A DNA stretch of 64,000 nt from Dicyema japonicum (taxonomy: Eukaryota > Animalia > Dicyemida), in the NCBI GenBank assembly GCA_011109175.1, contig RDEW01000010.1, forward strand, positions 603,837 to 667,836, written 5' to 3'. This document shows, in pieces, positions 52,961 through 64,000 of this stretch; position 1 is the stretch's first letter, and the number at the start of each line of letters is the position of its first letter. The position numbers were made by a program, and so were the translations under genes. The notes under the pieces were generated by a model that was given only the letters and a program-made list of their open reading frames with translations, ran no database searches and was not told the origin of the DNA.

Positions 52961-52994
52961 TGATTGGGATGTCTTTCTTGTCGTAGAGCCGTAC

Positions 52995-53205
52995 TAGCTA
53001 TAGCTCTTCCCAGGCAGCAGACACACTTTATTTAAGCAGTGAACAGTTATGATAATCAATCGATGAAGGAGAACCAAGAAGTGCTCTTCACTTCTTTTTT
53101 CCTTTTTGCTAGGTGTGAGTCCTTTTGTAGACCATCCGGTTCCGCAGTGAGTTGTTCACTGATAATGATGTCATTCTTCAAGCCAAAACATTGTAGATGC
53201 GAGGA
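52995..53205 (-). mobile_element. SINE family A 3' part
   Basis: gaacagttatgataatcaatcg..tccggttccgcagtga..gttcactga. Confidence 0.75.
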
Positions 53206-54544
53206 ACATAACAGGTAAAGATTGCATAAGTAAATTATACCGACGAATTATGTGCCTTCTATAGAATATGGGTATGCATTCTGCGTCGTCGTTGTGACAA
53301 AATCAGTTGCTTGCACGAAAAGGCTCTACGCCTTTTACGGAGTCGAACAGACCCTATCCTCGACGCTCCATTGTTGGAGTTATTGATAAGAAGGAATGGC
53401 CGCGGATTCTTCTAGTTCTGTCAAGAACAAGGAAATCCACTATGTTCATGGGTATTACATTCTGAAAATGAGCTATCCTTCCTATATCGACTTCTAGTAG
53501 ACACAAGCGGACCACAGGGAAAAATTAGCAAATGAGATATAGGAAATCGGGATCACCAAATTAATTCCATTCCTGCTTATACCTGCGGATGTTTCGACAA
53601 GCAATCAATTTCAATGTTATTAGACAAGACAAATATTAAAGAAAAATTCAAAAATTAGAAGCCCTATCATGAGCATTGTGGCATAAATCAAGGAAATTAA
53701 TATTAATTAACTACCTCATAAAAAATAAGTTTGTTGTCGAGACGTCGGAAATCCTTGATGATCCAAAGAGTCACAAAGGATCTACATGAGACTGGATAGC
53801 TTAGAGAACGTATCTTATTAGCTATCGCTAGATTAAACAGTCTGACGATTCAAGCTCCCTAGATTAAGTGCTGAATAACTGTTTAATTTTTTTTTTTTTT
53901 TAAAAACAAAAATTTTTTTTAACAATTAAACAAATGTCATTTGAGGAAGCCTGCTGCGTGGATTGCGAACGAGTTCCCTCGGAGTACTGTTTAATTTTAA
54001 GAACCTAATTTTAATAGACAATAAATCAATACTAATTGAGTTTCTTCATCAACGGTCTGAAGTGCCTTGTTATTTCTCATGTCTTACAAATGCCGACTTA
54101 ATAGTCTTGATTAGTGATTAAAACCCTGATGCACCGACACTTTTTTTTGATAATCCACTGGACAACTCTAAAAAACAAAATTCATTAACAAAGTCGAGAG
54201 ATGCTATTAGTTACAATATAAATAATGCAAGTAGATACCCCCAATTGGAATCTCCTAAAGTGATCAAGCATACTGACAGTTAGCTAAAAGCACTTCTACT
54301 TTTCTCATAGACATATAAAAACTTAGGGTTTCTCTTGTGTCGTACTTTCTACTATCATTTCTATTTGTTTCTTCCACCCAAATTTCCTCGTTGTTAACAA
54401 TTAGCAACTATTTCAATGCATTCAGTTTCCACCATCGAGTAAGTAGACACCGATATCACACAAGTCCACTCAGAAAAGGAAGAAAACGCCAATCCTCACA
54501 GTTTTAAAATCCCTTAGTAGAGTGGGGGAATTTTGGCGGTTAAA

Positions 54545-54940
54545 ATTGTATTGTTATTAACCCCAGATTTACCATTGTAAGTCCAGCACAAACAGTCATC
54601 ACTGACTAATCCAAGGAAGGAACCAAAAAAAGAACATCTGCTTGTGCCGACCAAACCCATCTTCCAATACTTCATTACAGGCTTCCGCTTACGAAGAGAG
54701 GTGGAGAAGTGTTCCGCCCTCTTCCGTTTTGTCCAACGTCTTACCGTCACGGACATCACTTCATTCTTTAGCGGAATAGTTTTCATAATGCAATCTTCGT
54801 CAAAGGATTTAATCAGGGAGAAATGTAGGAAGATCCCTTTTAACAACTGTGTCGTGCCAGAAGGACTCGTCGCCTCACGGGTCGGATCTGTTTGACAATA
54901 ATTGACCTTCAGATCCGATGTCATCAGAAGTTGCGCTTTA
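54545..54940 (-). repeat. Family B copy abutting the RTE tail; retains CTGATGA but lacks the second half of the hammerhead
   Basis: Collinear with 62540-62910 except for an about 34-nt deletion. Confidence 0.8.
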
Positions 54941-54944
54941 TTTA

Positions 54945-56291
54945 TTATTATTTATTTAAAGCACTCCCGAGAAGTCAAAAATTAATCAAGCCTCCCTTGT
55001 GCCGTATTTCTAGCCATCCTCTCTATCAGCCTTTTCCAGGACCCTCTACTTCGTGCCAGTTCCCTTAAGGTATCTAGGTCGTCTGCGGAAGTGAGCTTCA
55101 GTCCCACAGCCGACAGGTCTCCATTCAAAATAGTTGGGAGTGTGACTCTTGGTCTTCCACGGAAACCGGCTCCCGTATGCATTAGGTAGTTTTCCATGGC
55201 GATATTCGCGGGTACTTGAGCATTTAGACGTAAGATATGTCCAAAGAGACTCCATCTTGATCTGAAGATCTCTCGGATAGTATACCAGATTTGCACTTCG
55301 AGTAGAGGTCATTGTTTGAGATCTTCTTAGGCACTTGATCTTGATTACTGATTTCAATTGTGTCCTGTGGAAAGCGTCAAGACGGTCCATCTCTTGTTTA
55401 GAGATTCCCCAAGTGCCTGAATTGTAGGTCAGGACGGGGATGACAAAAGCCTTATATATTCTGAGTTTGGTGTTTAATCCCATCCTCTTCTTATGACCCC
55501 ACATATTCGATACTTTCTTTAGTGCACACATTGCGAGGATTTTCCTCCGAGAAACATCTTCTGAGTCCCCGAGAAGCGAACCCACTTCTTTTGCTTTCTC
55601 CAAGACTCGTCCGATCTTCGTCATTGCGTGTAAGTGTTGTGAACTCTGTTTTATCGGTGTTAACGGTTAAGAACCATTTCGAGAATACGTGTGGAAGAAC
55701 GTTAAGCATGTGTTGAAGTACTTGAATATCCTCAGAAACAAAGTCCAGGTCGTCCGCGTAGATTATCTCGTTATAATTGTTGCCAACCAGGGGTCTGAAC
55801 TCTCTTATTGCGGCCTCAAGGTAGACAATAAAGAGGACCGGGGATAGTGAGTCCCCCTGTGGAACTCCACGTGAGGTCGAAAAAAAGTTAGAGGTAGAGT
55901 CACCAATTTTGACGGCAAGTTGAGTGTTCCGCATGAGTAAGTGTATTATTTTGACATCGTCAGGCAGTAGAAAACTCTCCAACACTTCCATAAGTTTTCC
56001 ACGGTCCACCGAGTCGAACGCACGGGACATGTCGATACCAAGTATCTCAATAGATTTTTTGTATTTTTGGCACAGGGCACAATACCACCTGTGCCCCCAT
56101 ACCACGTCAGCCGTGGACCTGCCCGTCCGGAATCCACTTTGGCCGTCCGAAAGAAATATGTTCACCCTCTCCTTTATTCGGTTTAAAGCAATGAGGGATA
56201 ATGTTTTTCGTATGGAGGTTAGGAGTATAATAGGTCTGAAGTTGTGAGGGGGGCCTTTACTTTTCCCGGTTTTTGTAGTGGAATTAGCCAC
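54945..56291 (-). mobile_element. RTE-clade non-LTR retrotransposon, RT domain to 3' end (5' truncated)
   Basis: NFRPIILL, QSGFRTGRST, DMSRAFDSV, GVPQGDSLSP, YADD, GSLLGD, FGHILR, GRPRVT; (TAA)n-like tail. Confidence 0.92.
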
Positions 56292-56434
56292 CCTTTTAGC
56301 CAGTTGCGCTTTGTCAGAAGATTAAAATTGTAAACTAAATCAAAACAAAATAAAAAAGTAATTATAAAATAAAATTACAGAATAAAATTCAAAAATAAAC
56401 AAATAAAAGTAAATAAAATAGGATTTAAAGACAC

Positions 56435-58256
56435 ATGCAGAATCCTGTGGTATTTTTCGCTTAATTATGTAACAGGAAAAAGCCAACGGAGTTTCCTCCA
56501 ATAAGAATGTTGTAAAGAAAAAACAAACGAAACTCGGAATAGAAGTCAGCAGGGAAGAAAACTTCTCAAAGTGTACCGTCAGGTGTCTTTTTCTCTAAGC
56601 AGTTAATAGGTTATCGTCAAAGCAGAATTGATTGATTATTATGACGTCTCCGGTTGTTATATCCTTATGCCCTACTCGTATTCCATTGGGAGTACATTGT
56701 GGGCGTTTTTTGATAAAGAAATCAAAAAACTTGGAGTTAAAAACGCATATTTCCCACTATTTGTCTCTAAGTCTTCATTGACTCGGGAAAAAGAGCACAT
56801 CGATGACTTCTCCCCAGAAGTAGTAGTCTCACTAACAAAAGGTCGCTTGGGTAACTCACTCTGGTGATTCTCCTTTGGCTGAACCGATTGCCATTCGACC
56901 TACTAGTGAAACTGTAATGTACCCGGCATTTGCTCGGTGGATCAAGTCCTACAGGGATCTACCTTTAAAACTTAATCAGTGGAACAACGTTGTGGTTTAC
57001 TGTGTAATTTTAAATTTTGCGGTGGGAATTCAAAGACCCAATGCCGTTTCTCCGCACACGTGAGTTCTTGTGGCAGGAGGGACATTCTGCCTTTGCCACG
57101 AAGAAAGAGGCAGACAAGGAAACTGACGACATTCTCGTCCTCTACCGCAGAGTTTACGAGGAACTGCTTGCCGTCCCAGTAATTCCAGGAATGAAAACCA
57201 ATAAAGAGAAGTTTGCCGAGCAAATTATACGAAAACCATTGAATCCTACATTGCTGCAAGCGGACGAGGGATTCAGGTGAGGAATTGATCTTTTGATTTC
57301 TCAGTGTGGAACAGCCCACCATTTGGGCCAGAATTTCTCTACAATGTTCAAAATCGACTATCAGGACCCCGTCGATGGATCCTCGAAGTATGTCTATCAG
57401 AATTCTTGGGGATTAACCACAAGAACGATTGGTGTCATGGTAATGGTCCATAGCGACGATAAGGGTCTCATCCTTCCCCCAAGAGTGGCTCCTGTTCAGG
57501 TATTTGGTATTCTAAATCCCAGATTGTGATCATTCCTTGTGGTTTGACTGGAAGTGTCGAAGAATCGGTACAGAAGAGTGTGATGGAACTTGCCCGGACT
57601 GTGCTTAATACATTAACGGGAGCTGGTCTTCGAGTAGAGCTTGATGACTGTGAACATAGAACTACTGGATGGAAGTTCAGTCAGCATGAGCTCAGGGTTG
57701 CCTGTTTTGGCTAATTTGAGGGGGTTCCTCTTAGAATTGAGATTGGTCCAACTGAGGCAGCCTCAAGAAACTTGGTCCTTGTTTCAAGAAACTCAAGTGT
57801 CCGCCAGAATCTCCCTTTTAATGATTCATATGATCTGTGCATTGTTGAGATTAAGAATATTTTGGAAGAAATCCAATGTAGTCTGTTCCAAAGGTACTTT
57901 ATGGAAGCTCACGTGATAGGGCTAAGAGCAACCTAGAGGAGATGATATTATGTACGACTGACTGGAAGGCTTTTAAGGAGGCCTTCGACGAAAAGAAGAT
58001 TGTTGCAGCTCCGTTCTGCTGTGGGGACTCATGTGAATCTTATATTAAGGAAAATACAGAGTTTGACTGATTGTGGTTATTTAGAACTGTTGAAATCATG
58101 GATGACAACGTGAAATCGACTGGAATGGGAGCCAAGTCTCTGTGTATTCCATTTGACCAGGAAAGGTATGGAGAGATCTATGATGACTCTAAATGCATCA
58201 ATGAGCAATGTACCAGAAAACCACAGTCGTATGTACTGTTTGGGAGGAGTTATTAA
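56435..58256 (+). CDS. Cytosolic (eukaryote/archaeal-type) prolyl-tRNA synthetase, stand-alone, about 9 micro-introns
   Basis: [39 protein letters not shown]|[49 protein letters not shown]. Confidence 0.95.
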
Positions 58257-58619
58257 TTGATCATTTTTCATTTGGCTTCAATATTAGTCTTTTTTACTTT
58301 TTAATTTCTTTTTTTGTCGTAGTGTTGTACTAATTGTAGATATTTTGGAAAGCTTTCTTGGTGGTCGTTCCACGCCAGTCAAGCAAGCCATTTGTAAAGG
58401 AAAGAGGTTGGGTTTGTTCGCTACATAAGTAGGCAGTTTCTTTACGGCGGTGACCCACATGAAAACCAACCTATACAAGACCAGACAGGCAAAGTTGCTT
58501 TTGGATTGGTTTTTATATTTTTGTTAGCCAACGGTTTCCTTTGGGTAAATAAAATAAATGAATATTAGACTCTCAAGAATTTTTTATAAGATGAATATTA
58601 TTTCAACTTTTATTGAAGG

Positions 58620-59075
58620 TCAGGTCAGATTTAAGTTAAGTAAAAAGCTTGAGACTTCGGGGTCAAAAGTGAATACTCAGCACAAAACTTCTGTTTTGAA
58701 TTAAACCAAAGACAATTCTACCGAAGACTCGACCTCTTTGAATGAATCACTAACCCCAAGGACTTTGGATGCTTGAAATATTGGTCCAATGTATAGAAAG
58801 GGAAAAATTCATTAAAAAAGAGGCTTGTTGAGCGTAAACAAAAGGGTCATTGATTCTGAGCAAATCTCACTGGAAATCTCAGATGAATTCATTCCAGGAC
58901 TTATTGATTCTCCTTCAAAATAGATGGGATGATCCTAATTTGTATCAAGAACTTGACTGCTCATATCAAGCACATTGTAAAGGACAACCTCGATTCCACT
59001 GATACCACATCTCATCTCAAAAACTATCCCTGTCAATTTTGAGGATTTAAGACCAAGTTGTAGGTGGACCCGTAT
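58620..59075 (+). mobile_element. R4-like RT N-terminal remnant
   Basis: QNFCFELNQRQFYRRL..YWSNV..DLRP across frameshifts. Confidence 0.45.
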
Positions 59076-59559
59076 TATTTTTTATTCCAATGGTATTTTG
59101 TGGAATAACAAAAATGTCATTACTGCCTATGCGGCTATTACACAACATCGCATTTCTCAAAGTATTTGAAATATCTTTGTTCAAACATGCCCTTTTGTAT
59201 TATTTTTTTGTGGTAAAGACAGACATAGACTTACAGAGAATTTTATTTACCATCAAACTCAAATCACTAACAAAGTTATGGGGTGACTCATGACACTAAG
59301 AGTTTAAAGTAAGGCTGACAAGATCAGCTAATACGAGATATCGTATGCAGGGGCGTGCTTATGGGGTAGGGGCAGCCTCCCCGGGAAGCACACTGTAAGG
59401 GGTAGCAGATCCAGGCCATAAGACGACGATTGTTTTTCCTTGCCACAATCCTCTGTTTTTATTTTTTGTGTGTTTCCTATAATTTGATCCGACAAATGAA
59501 GCGAATACAACTCAGAGGGGCTCAAAAACGCCGCAAGAAAGAGCTCAGAGAAACAGAAG

Positions 59560-60600
59560 ATAATGCCACGTGAGGCTGCTTAGATGTGTGGGTTAAGAAG
59601 AGATGAAGAAGCAACATGTGGTAAACGACCAATCGGATGCTGACATTTTTGAACCCTTGGCTGTCATCCAAGAGGGAATCAGAAATCCAGTGAACAAAAC
59701 TCTACACTGAAGAGTTGATTCCAGATGATGATTTAAATTCTAATGCTGTTGTCACTTTGAACAGTAAAACTGAAGGCAACAACGGCGTTTAATTTTTTGA
59801 ATTATTTCGTGACCACGACTTTGGCGTTTAAAGAAACCGATTTCCACATATCTAGTAAAGTGTTTAGTTCAGCAAGGACCAGAGAATTTCCAACACCAGG
59901 AAATTTAATTCAGACAAGCGATGACCTTGTTGGGCTCAATAGAATTATTGACCTTAAATCTGAAGACATCGTGAAGAGTGCAGCCGAATTAGCAACAGAA
60001 TACTACAGAAGTGGAATGTACCCCTGGTAGTACCTAATAGTAGTCAGGCGAAAAAAAGATGCCTGGAGAGAGTGCGAAAGACTAAAACTTATCAGAAGTT
60101 GATGAATAAAAAGAATGAATTCGCAGACAGACTGAAAACTGAGCTTTCAGAACGCTCATACCGCATTCATAGGCTCGCTGACAAGTTTTCATTCTTGGTA
60201 AAGGAACATTTGAAAATCAGAATTTTGCTAACCAATTTGAGACTGACGTGAACTCATCTTCTCTACAAAGAAATTGTTGATTGTCTTACACTTTTCCGAA
60301 GTGGAAACAGAACTGCGAAGAAAAAATACAAAGGATTTTTTTGCTTCATTAGTTGTGCTTGGCTGGATGTTTTTCCAATTTTGTGCACTACATATCGTTT
60401 ATTACTCACAGTGGGCTACTCAATTGATAGGTGTGAACGTTCTTTTTCAAAATTAAAACAGATACAAACATTTTTGAGGTATTCGATGTCAAGCGCCTGT
60501 CAAGTTTATCTTTGATTGAAAAAAATTCCTGACAAGCGAGGTGAAAGAAGTTGTGGCAAAGACTTTTGCTGAAAGCAAAGAGCAATTGGAAGTAAGTGAC
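59560..60600 (+). mobile_element. hAT transposase remnant
   Basis: C-terminal CERSFSKLKQIQTFLRYSMS..LSSLSLIE dimerisation motif at about 60430-60520. Confidence 0.7.
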
Positions 60601-60719
60601 TTTTTGTTTATTGTTTAATAAATTAAATAATGATACACTTCACTCATCTTGATGTTTCTTATGTATGACAACATCTATAATTCCATTTAGTCCCATTTGT
60701 TGGGTTAGTTATAAGTAAG

Positions 60720-60770
60720 CTTACCATCCGTCTCGGATTAGCGGGGACAGTCCCGGATTTTGTCCCAGAA
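60720..60770 (+). mobile_element. hAT-like terminal sequence
   Basis: ttaccatccgtctcggattagcggggacagtcccggatttt resembles the GGGACA/GTCCCG-rich ends of hAT elements. No partner end found. Confidence 0.4.
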
Positions 60771-60904
60771 AGTCTCGTTATGCCAGACCTCGACTAAGAC
60801 AAACTCATTGGCTTCTCCCTGTTTAATTAGTTTTTAATTAGTTTATGTCAATAAAATTATCTGTCTATCTATCTCGATTTTGCTTTAAAGTAACCTTATT
60901 TTTC

Positions 60905-60995
60905 GGTTATTTTCTTTGGGGACTTAACATCTCCATTTTCCTTAGGAAATTAACATCTCTATTTTCATTGGGAATCTAACTTCTCTCTATTTTAT
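60905..60995 (+). repeat. Degenerate minisatellite, unit about 26 nt, x3
   Basis: attttc.ttggga.ttaacatctc repeated. Confidence 0.6.
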
Positions 60996-61269
60996 TTCTC
61001 CTGAAACAAAACTTAGTGGTTGTTAATGTTCAATAGATAAATTGGTCTTATTAACCCGGACAGTATCAACCGGGTTCTTATGTAATACGACATTTTTAAC
61101 TCTGGAAAGCATTTTTTGTAAATAAAATTAAGTAAAGTTAAATGTGACATACCCCCATTGGTTTAATCTACATTCAGCCGTATATATGATTACAAAACAC
61201 CGGCATCCTTGTGGAAGACATAATCCTTTCTTCCAAAGTCTATGGGGTGTCTGTCTCTATTTTATTGTG

Positions 61270-62060
61270 GGTAGGTCGCATGGAGTTGAAAGGTGTTTTA
61301 GGAGAATTTGTTTGAGAACCTCTGCTGCAAGTGGAAACAAATTGTCATTACTAGAGAGATCCGTGGCACACCTCGAATATCCACGACTATAACTTTCTTG
61401 TTTATTTGGTCATGCAAATTCCGCTTGCTGTTCTAAGTCCTGGAAGTTGGGAGTAGGTCATCCGCAATAGCTAGATCTCTGAGCGCGGTCTCAGGGTTGA
61501 CATTTCCGTACTTTGAAGAGTTTTTCTTGATGACTGTGTTTAGATTTTGTTCCTTCAGATCAGTCGGGTGCGCACTCGAGGACAAGGGGCGCGAAACAGA
61601 GGAGATGGATCCAAGCATCGAGAATGTTATCTTAGATCCCCTTAATGATTAACTTCAAAAGGCAAGAGAAGGCGGCTAGTCTTGTCGATCTTGGCATCTG
61701 AAGTGAGATAACCCTCTCAGACACAAGTCGATTAAGACAAAGAAAGCATTAATTAACATCTGATACTTTGAAGCCACGTGAGAATAAGATTCTTTCTTCT
61801 AGTAAGAGTTCCTGAGGAATAAAAGCGATGACCAGTTACAGAGGATTTGGATGTTTTTCAAGTTAGCTTGTAGCATTCCAGATGCCCAAAATTTTAGAAG
61901 TAGGAGTAATTATTACGAGGTTCCTCTAGTTCGTCTGACCACAGATTTGGGAGAGGACGGCGGTTTGGAAAGAAAGGGTCCAGTAATTTGATGTTGGAAG
62001 CCTTGTTTCTCCACTGCGAAAGGAGTCAAAAACAACACGGCACACGTTATGTAACAACAG
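61270..62060 (-). mobile_element. Decayed L1/Tx1-like ORF2 pieces
   Basis: GIWNATS linker and RGVP..LFPLAAEVL RT remnants. Confidence 0.45.
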
Positions 62061-62469
62061 TTTTTTGTGGTAAAAAAAGTACCTTTCTTTTTTCTGGGTC
62101 CGTCTTTGATTTCTGCAGCATACAATTTAATGAACTCTAGAATCGTCCATTTTTTATAGCTGCTTTCCTATTATCCGTCGGTTTCCTTCACTTGAAAAAA
62201 CTGGACGTATATAAAGCGATTTACCGACATCTTCAACTTCGGAAGTGTTCTCTCGTGATCCCTAATCTTCTATTAATATCAGAAAGACATTAATATTTTT
62301 TATTATATATTTCAAACCACGTGCTTTATATACAGATTTACAAAACTGCTAAACTCAAGAGTTGAGAAATAGGTCTGCTTTTTTCCATCTTCATCTCACG
62401 TCCTACCATCCCGGATATCACTTCATTTTTTGGCGGGAGAGTTTTCATAATGTAATCTTCACTAGAAGC

Positions 62470-62910
62470 AAGCAAAGCACAAACAGTCATGAAAATGTTA
62501 GAGGGCGGACCTAATTCTCACCGTACAATCTTTGGTAAGCAAAGCAAAAACAGTCACAAATAATTAATCCAAAGAAAGAACACAAAGGAGAACTCTGCTT
62601 GTGGCAACCAAATTCATCTTCCAATACTTCATTACAGGTTTTCCCCTTCCGAAGAGAGGTGGGGAAGGAGGTCCATCCTCTTCCATTTCGTCGCATGTCC
62701 TAACGTTGCAGACATCACTTCGAGAGTTTTCATAATGGAAAATCTTCCCTAGTGAATTTGGCCTGGGAAAAGGTTGAAAGATCCCTTTCAACAACTATGT
62801 GGTATCAAAAGGACTCATTGCCCATCTGTTTGAAGAGAATTAACCTTCGCTGAAAACCTCATCTTTCGAACCAATATGTGTCAGATCCGATCTCATCAGA
62901 CGAAGACCTT
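62470..62910 (-). repeat. Family B longest copy, with a hammerhead-like 5' end
   Basis: Reverse complement begins tcttcgt CTGATGA g..c GAAA ga..tttc agcgaagg. Confidence 0.8.
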
Positions 62911-62939
62911 TATTTGTTTTTTAATATTACTATTACCTC

Positions 62940-63212
62940 TCCCTGACCAAATCCTCTGATGAAGCTTACATTATGAAAAAACTATTCCGCTGAAGAATGA
63001 AGTGATGTCCGCGACGGTAGGATGTGCGACGAAATAGAAAATGAACCTCCTTCCCCACCTCTCTTCGGAAGCGGAAAGCCTGTAATGAAATATTGGAAGA
63101 TGGATTTGGTCGGCACTAGCAGAGTTTTCTCTTAGGATCCTTCCTTGAATTAATTAGTTATGACTGTTTGTGCTGGGCTTACAATGGTAAGCCTAAGGTT
63201 AATAATAATAAT
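62940..63212 (+). repeat. Family B 3' part with (TAA)n tail, tail-to-tail with RTE
   Basis: Close reverse-complement match to 54545-54820; ends gttaataataatataat. Confidence 0.85.
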
Positions 63213-63214
63213 AA

Positions 63215-64000
63215 TATTATTATTATTAATAGCACTTTCGAAGAACCAAAAAGTAATTTATTTAATTAAGGTTCCGCTTGTGCCGTATTTTTCTTCAGGT
63301 TATTTTTCTCCGCAATTCTCTTAACTAACTTCCTCCATGCTCCATGGTTACTGGCAATTATTCTGAGCGTATCCAAATCATCTCCTGTTTTCAGCTTTCG
63401 TCTACATTGGTCAGGTCCTTGTGTAGAACCTCTGGCAAAATTATGCGAGGTCTTCAACGGAACGAGGTATTCACTTCTAGGCAGAAAAAGTTCTCCATTG
63501 CTATTTTAGCAGGCGTCATCTGGCTCATCCGAAGGATGTAACCAAATAGACGCCATCTTGATTCAGGGTATCAAGACTCAATGGTCTTGTATTACATACT
63601 TTGTATAGATTCTTGTTTGTAATTTTTTTGGCTAGTTGATGTCAAGCAACAGTCGGAGTTGTTTACGATGGAAGGCATCTAGTTTGTCCATTACCGCTTG
63701 TGAGACTCCCCAGGTTGCAGCGTTGTACATTAGGACCGGTTTCACGAAGGCATTGTATAGTCTTACACGTAATTGTGTGCTAATTTGTTTACGATGATTC
63801 CAGACTACTCCCATTTTTCTAAAGGCCGCGACGGCCAACATCTTCCTGTTAGTGATATCCTCAGCGTCTCCGAGCAACGACCCCAATTTTTTACAGTATC
63901 TCCATTTTTCATCAGTTCGGGTTATTCACGGCGTATGGTAGTTGTCTCCGTCTTTTCCGTATTGATTTTGATGAACCATTTTTCTAGGACATCTGGCATC
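63215..64000 (-). mobile_element. RTE 3' part
   Basis: GSLLGDAEDITNRK..LRVRLYNAFVKPVLMYNAATWG..LDAFHRKQLR; (TAA)n tail. Confidence 0.88.

Noticed and set aside
54514-54924. ORFs overlapping family B (also 1714..2019, 62511..62794) and antisense ORFs within genes and TEs
   Set aside because: Reading frames are not conserved between repeat copies, so these are shadow ORFs.
62956-62980. Second hammerhead (ctgatga..gaaa) inside family B
   Set aside because: Stem II cannot pair and the core is not conserved in the other copies.

Overview
AT-rich eukaryotic nuclear DNA, not prokaryotic. The genes are animal-like and carry very many ultra-short (about 20-30 nt) spliceosomal introns. This fits a reduced parasitic metazoan such as a dicyemid, but the taxon is my inference. 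Host genes: ZMAT5 (U11/U12-20K), MRPL19, cytoplasmic dynein-1 heavy chain (about 15.5 kb, about 80 micro-introns), fructose-1,6-bisphosphatase, AMPK gamma and a stand-alone prolyl-tRNA synthetase. The rest is mostly decayed mobile DNA: an Ingi-like APE LINE with a 2A peptide, RTE, CRE-like and R4-like RLE retroposons, L1/Tx1 and Jockey/I pieces, hAT, Merlin, Tc1/IS630, a Gypsy-type integrase, three short interspersed repeat families, and intron-containing gene-fragment duplicates (AMPK gamma, Polo kinase). Most notable: (1) splicing that appears to be defined by length, with almost no signal beyond GT/AG; (2) short retroposons headed by candidate self-cleaving ribozymes, namely an HDV-like pseudoknot at 43794-43856 (-), a type I hammerhead core at 62844-62908 (-), and an L1Tc/ingi-type HDV remnant plus 2A at the 5' end of a LINE. 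Scattered 1-nt indels in conserved genes look like long-read assembly errors. All reading was by eye, so mobile-element boundaries are approximate.
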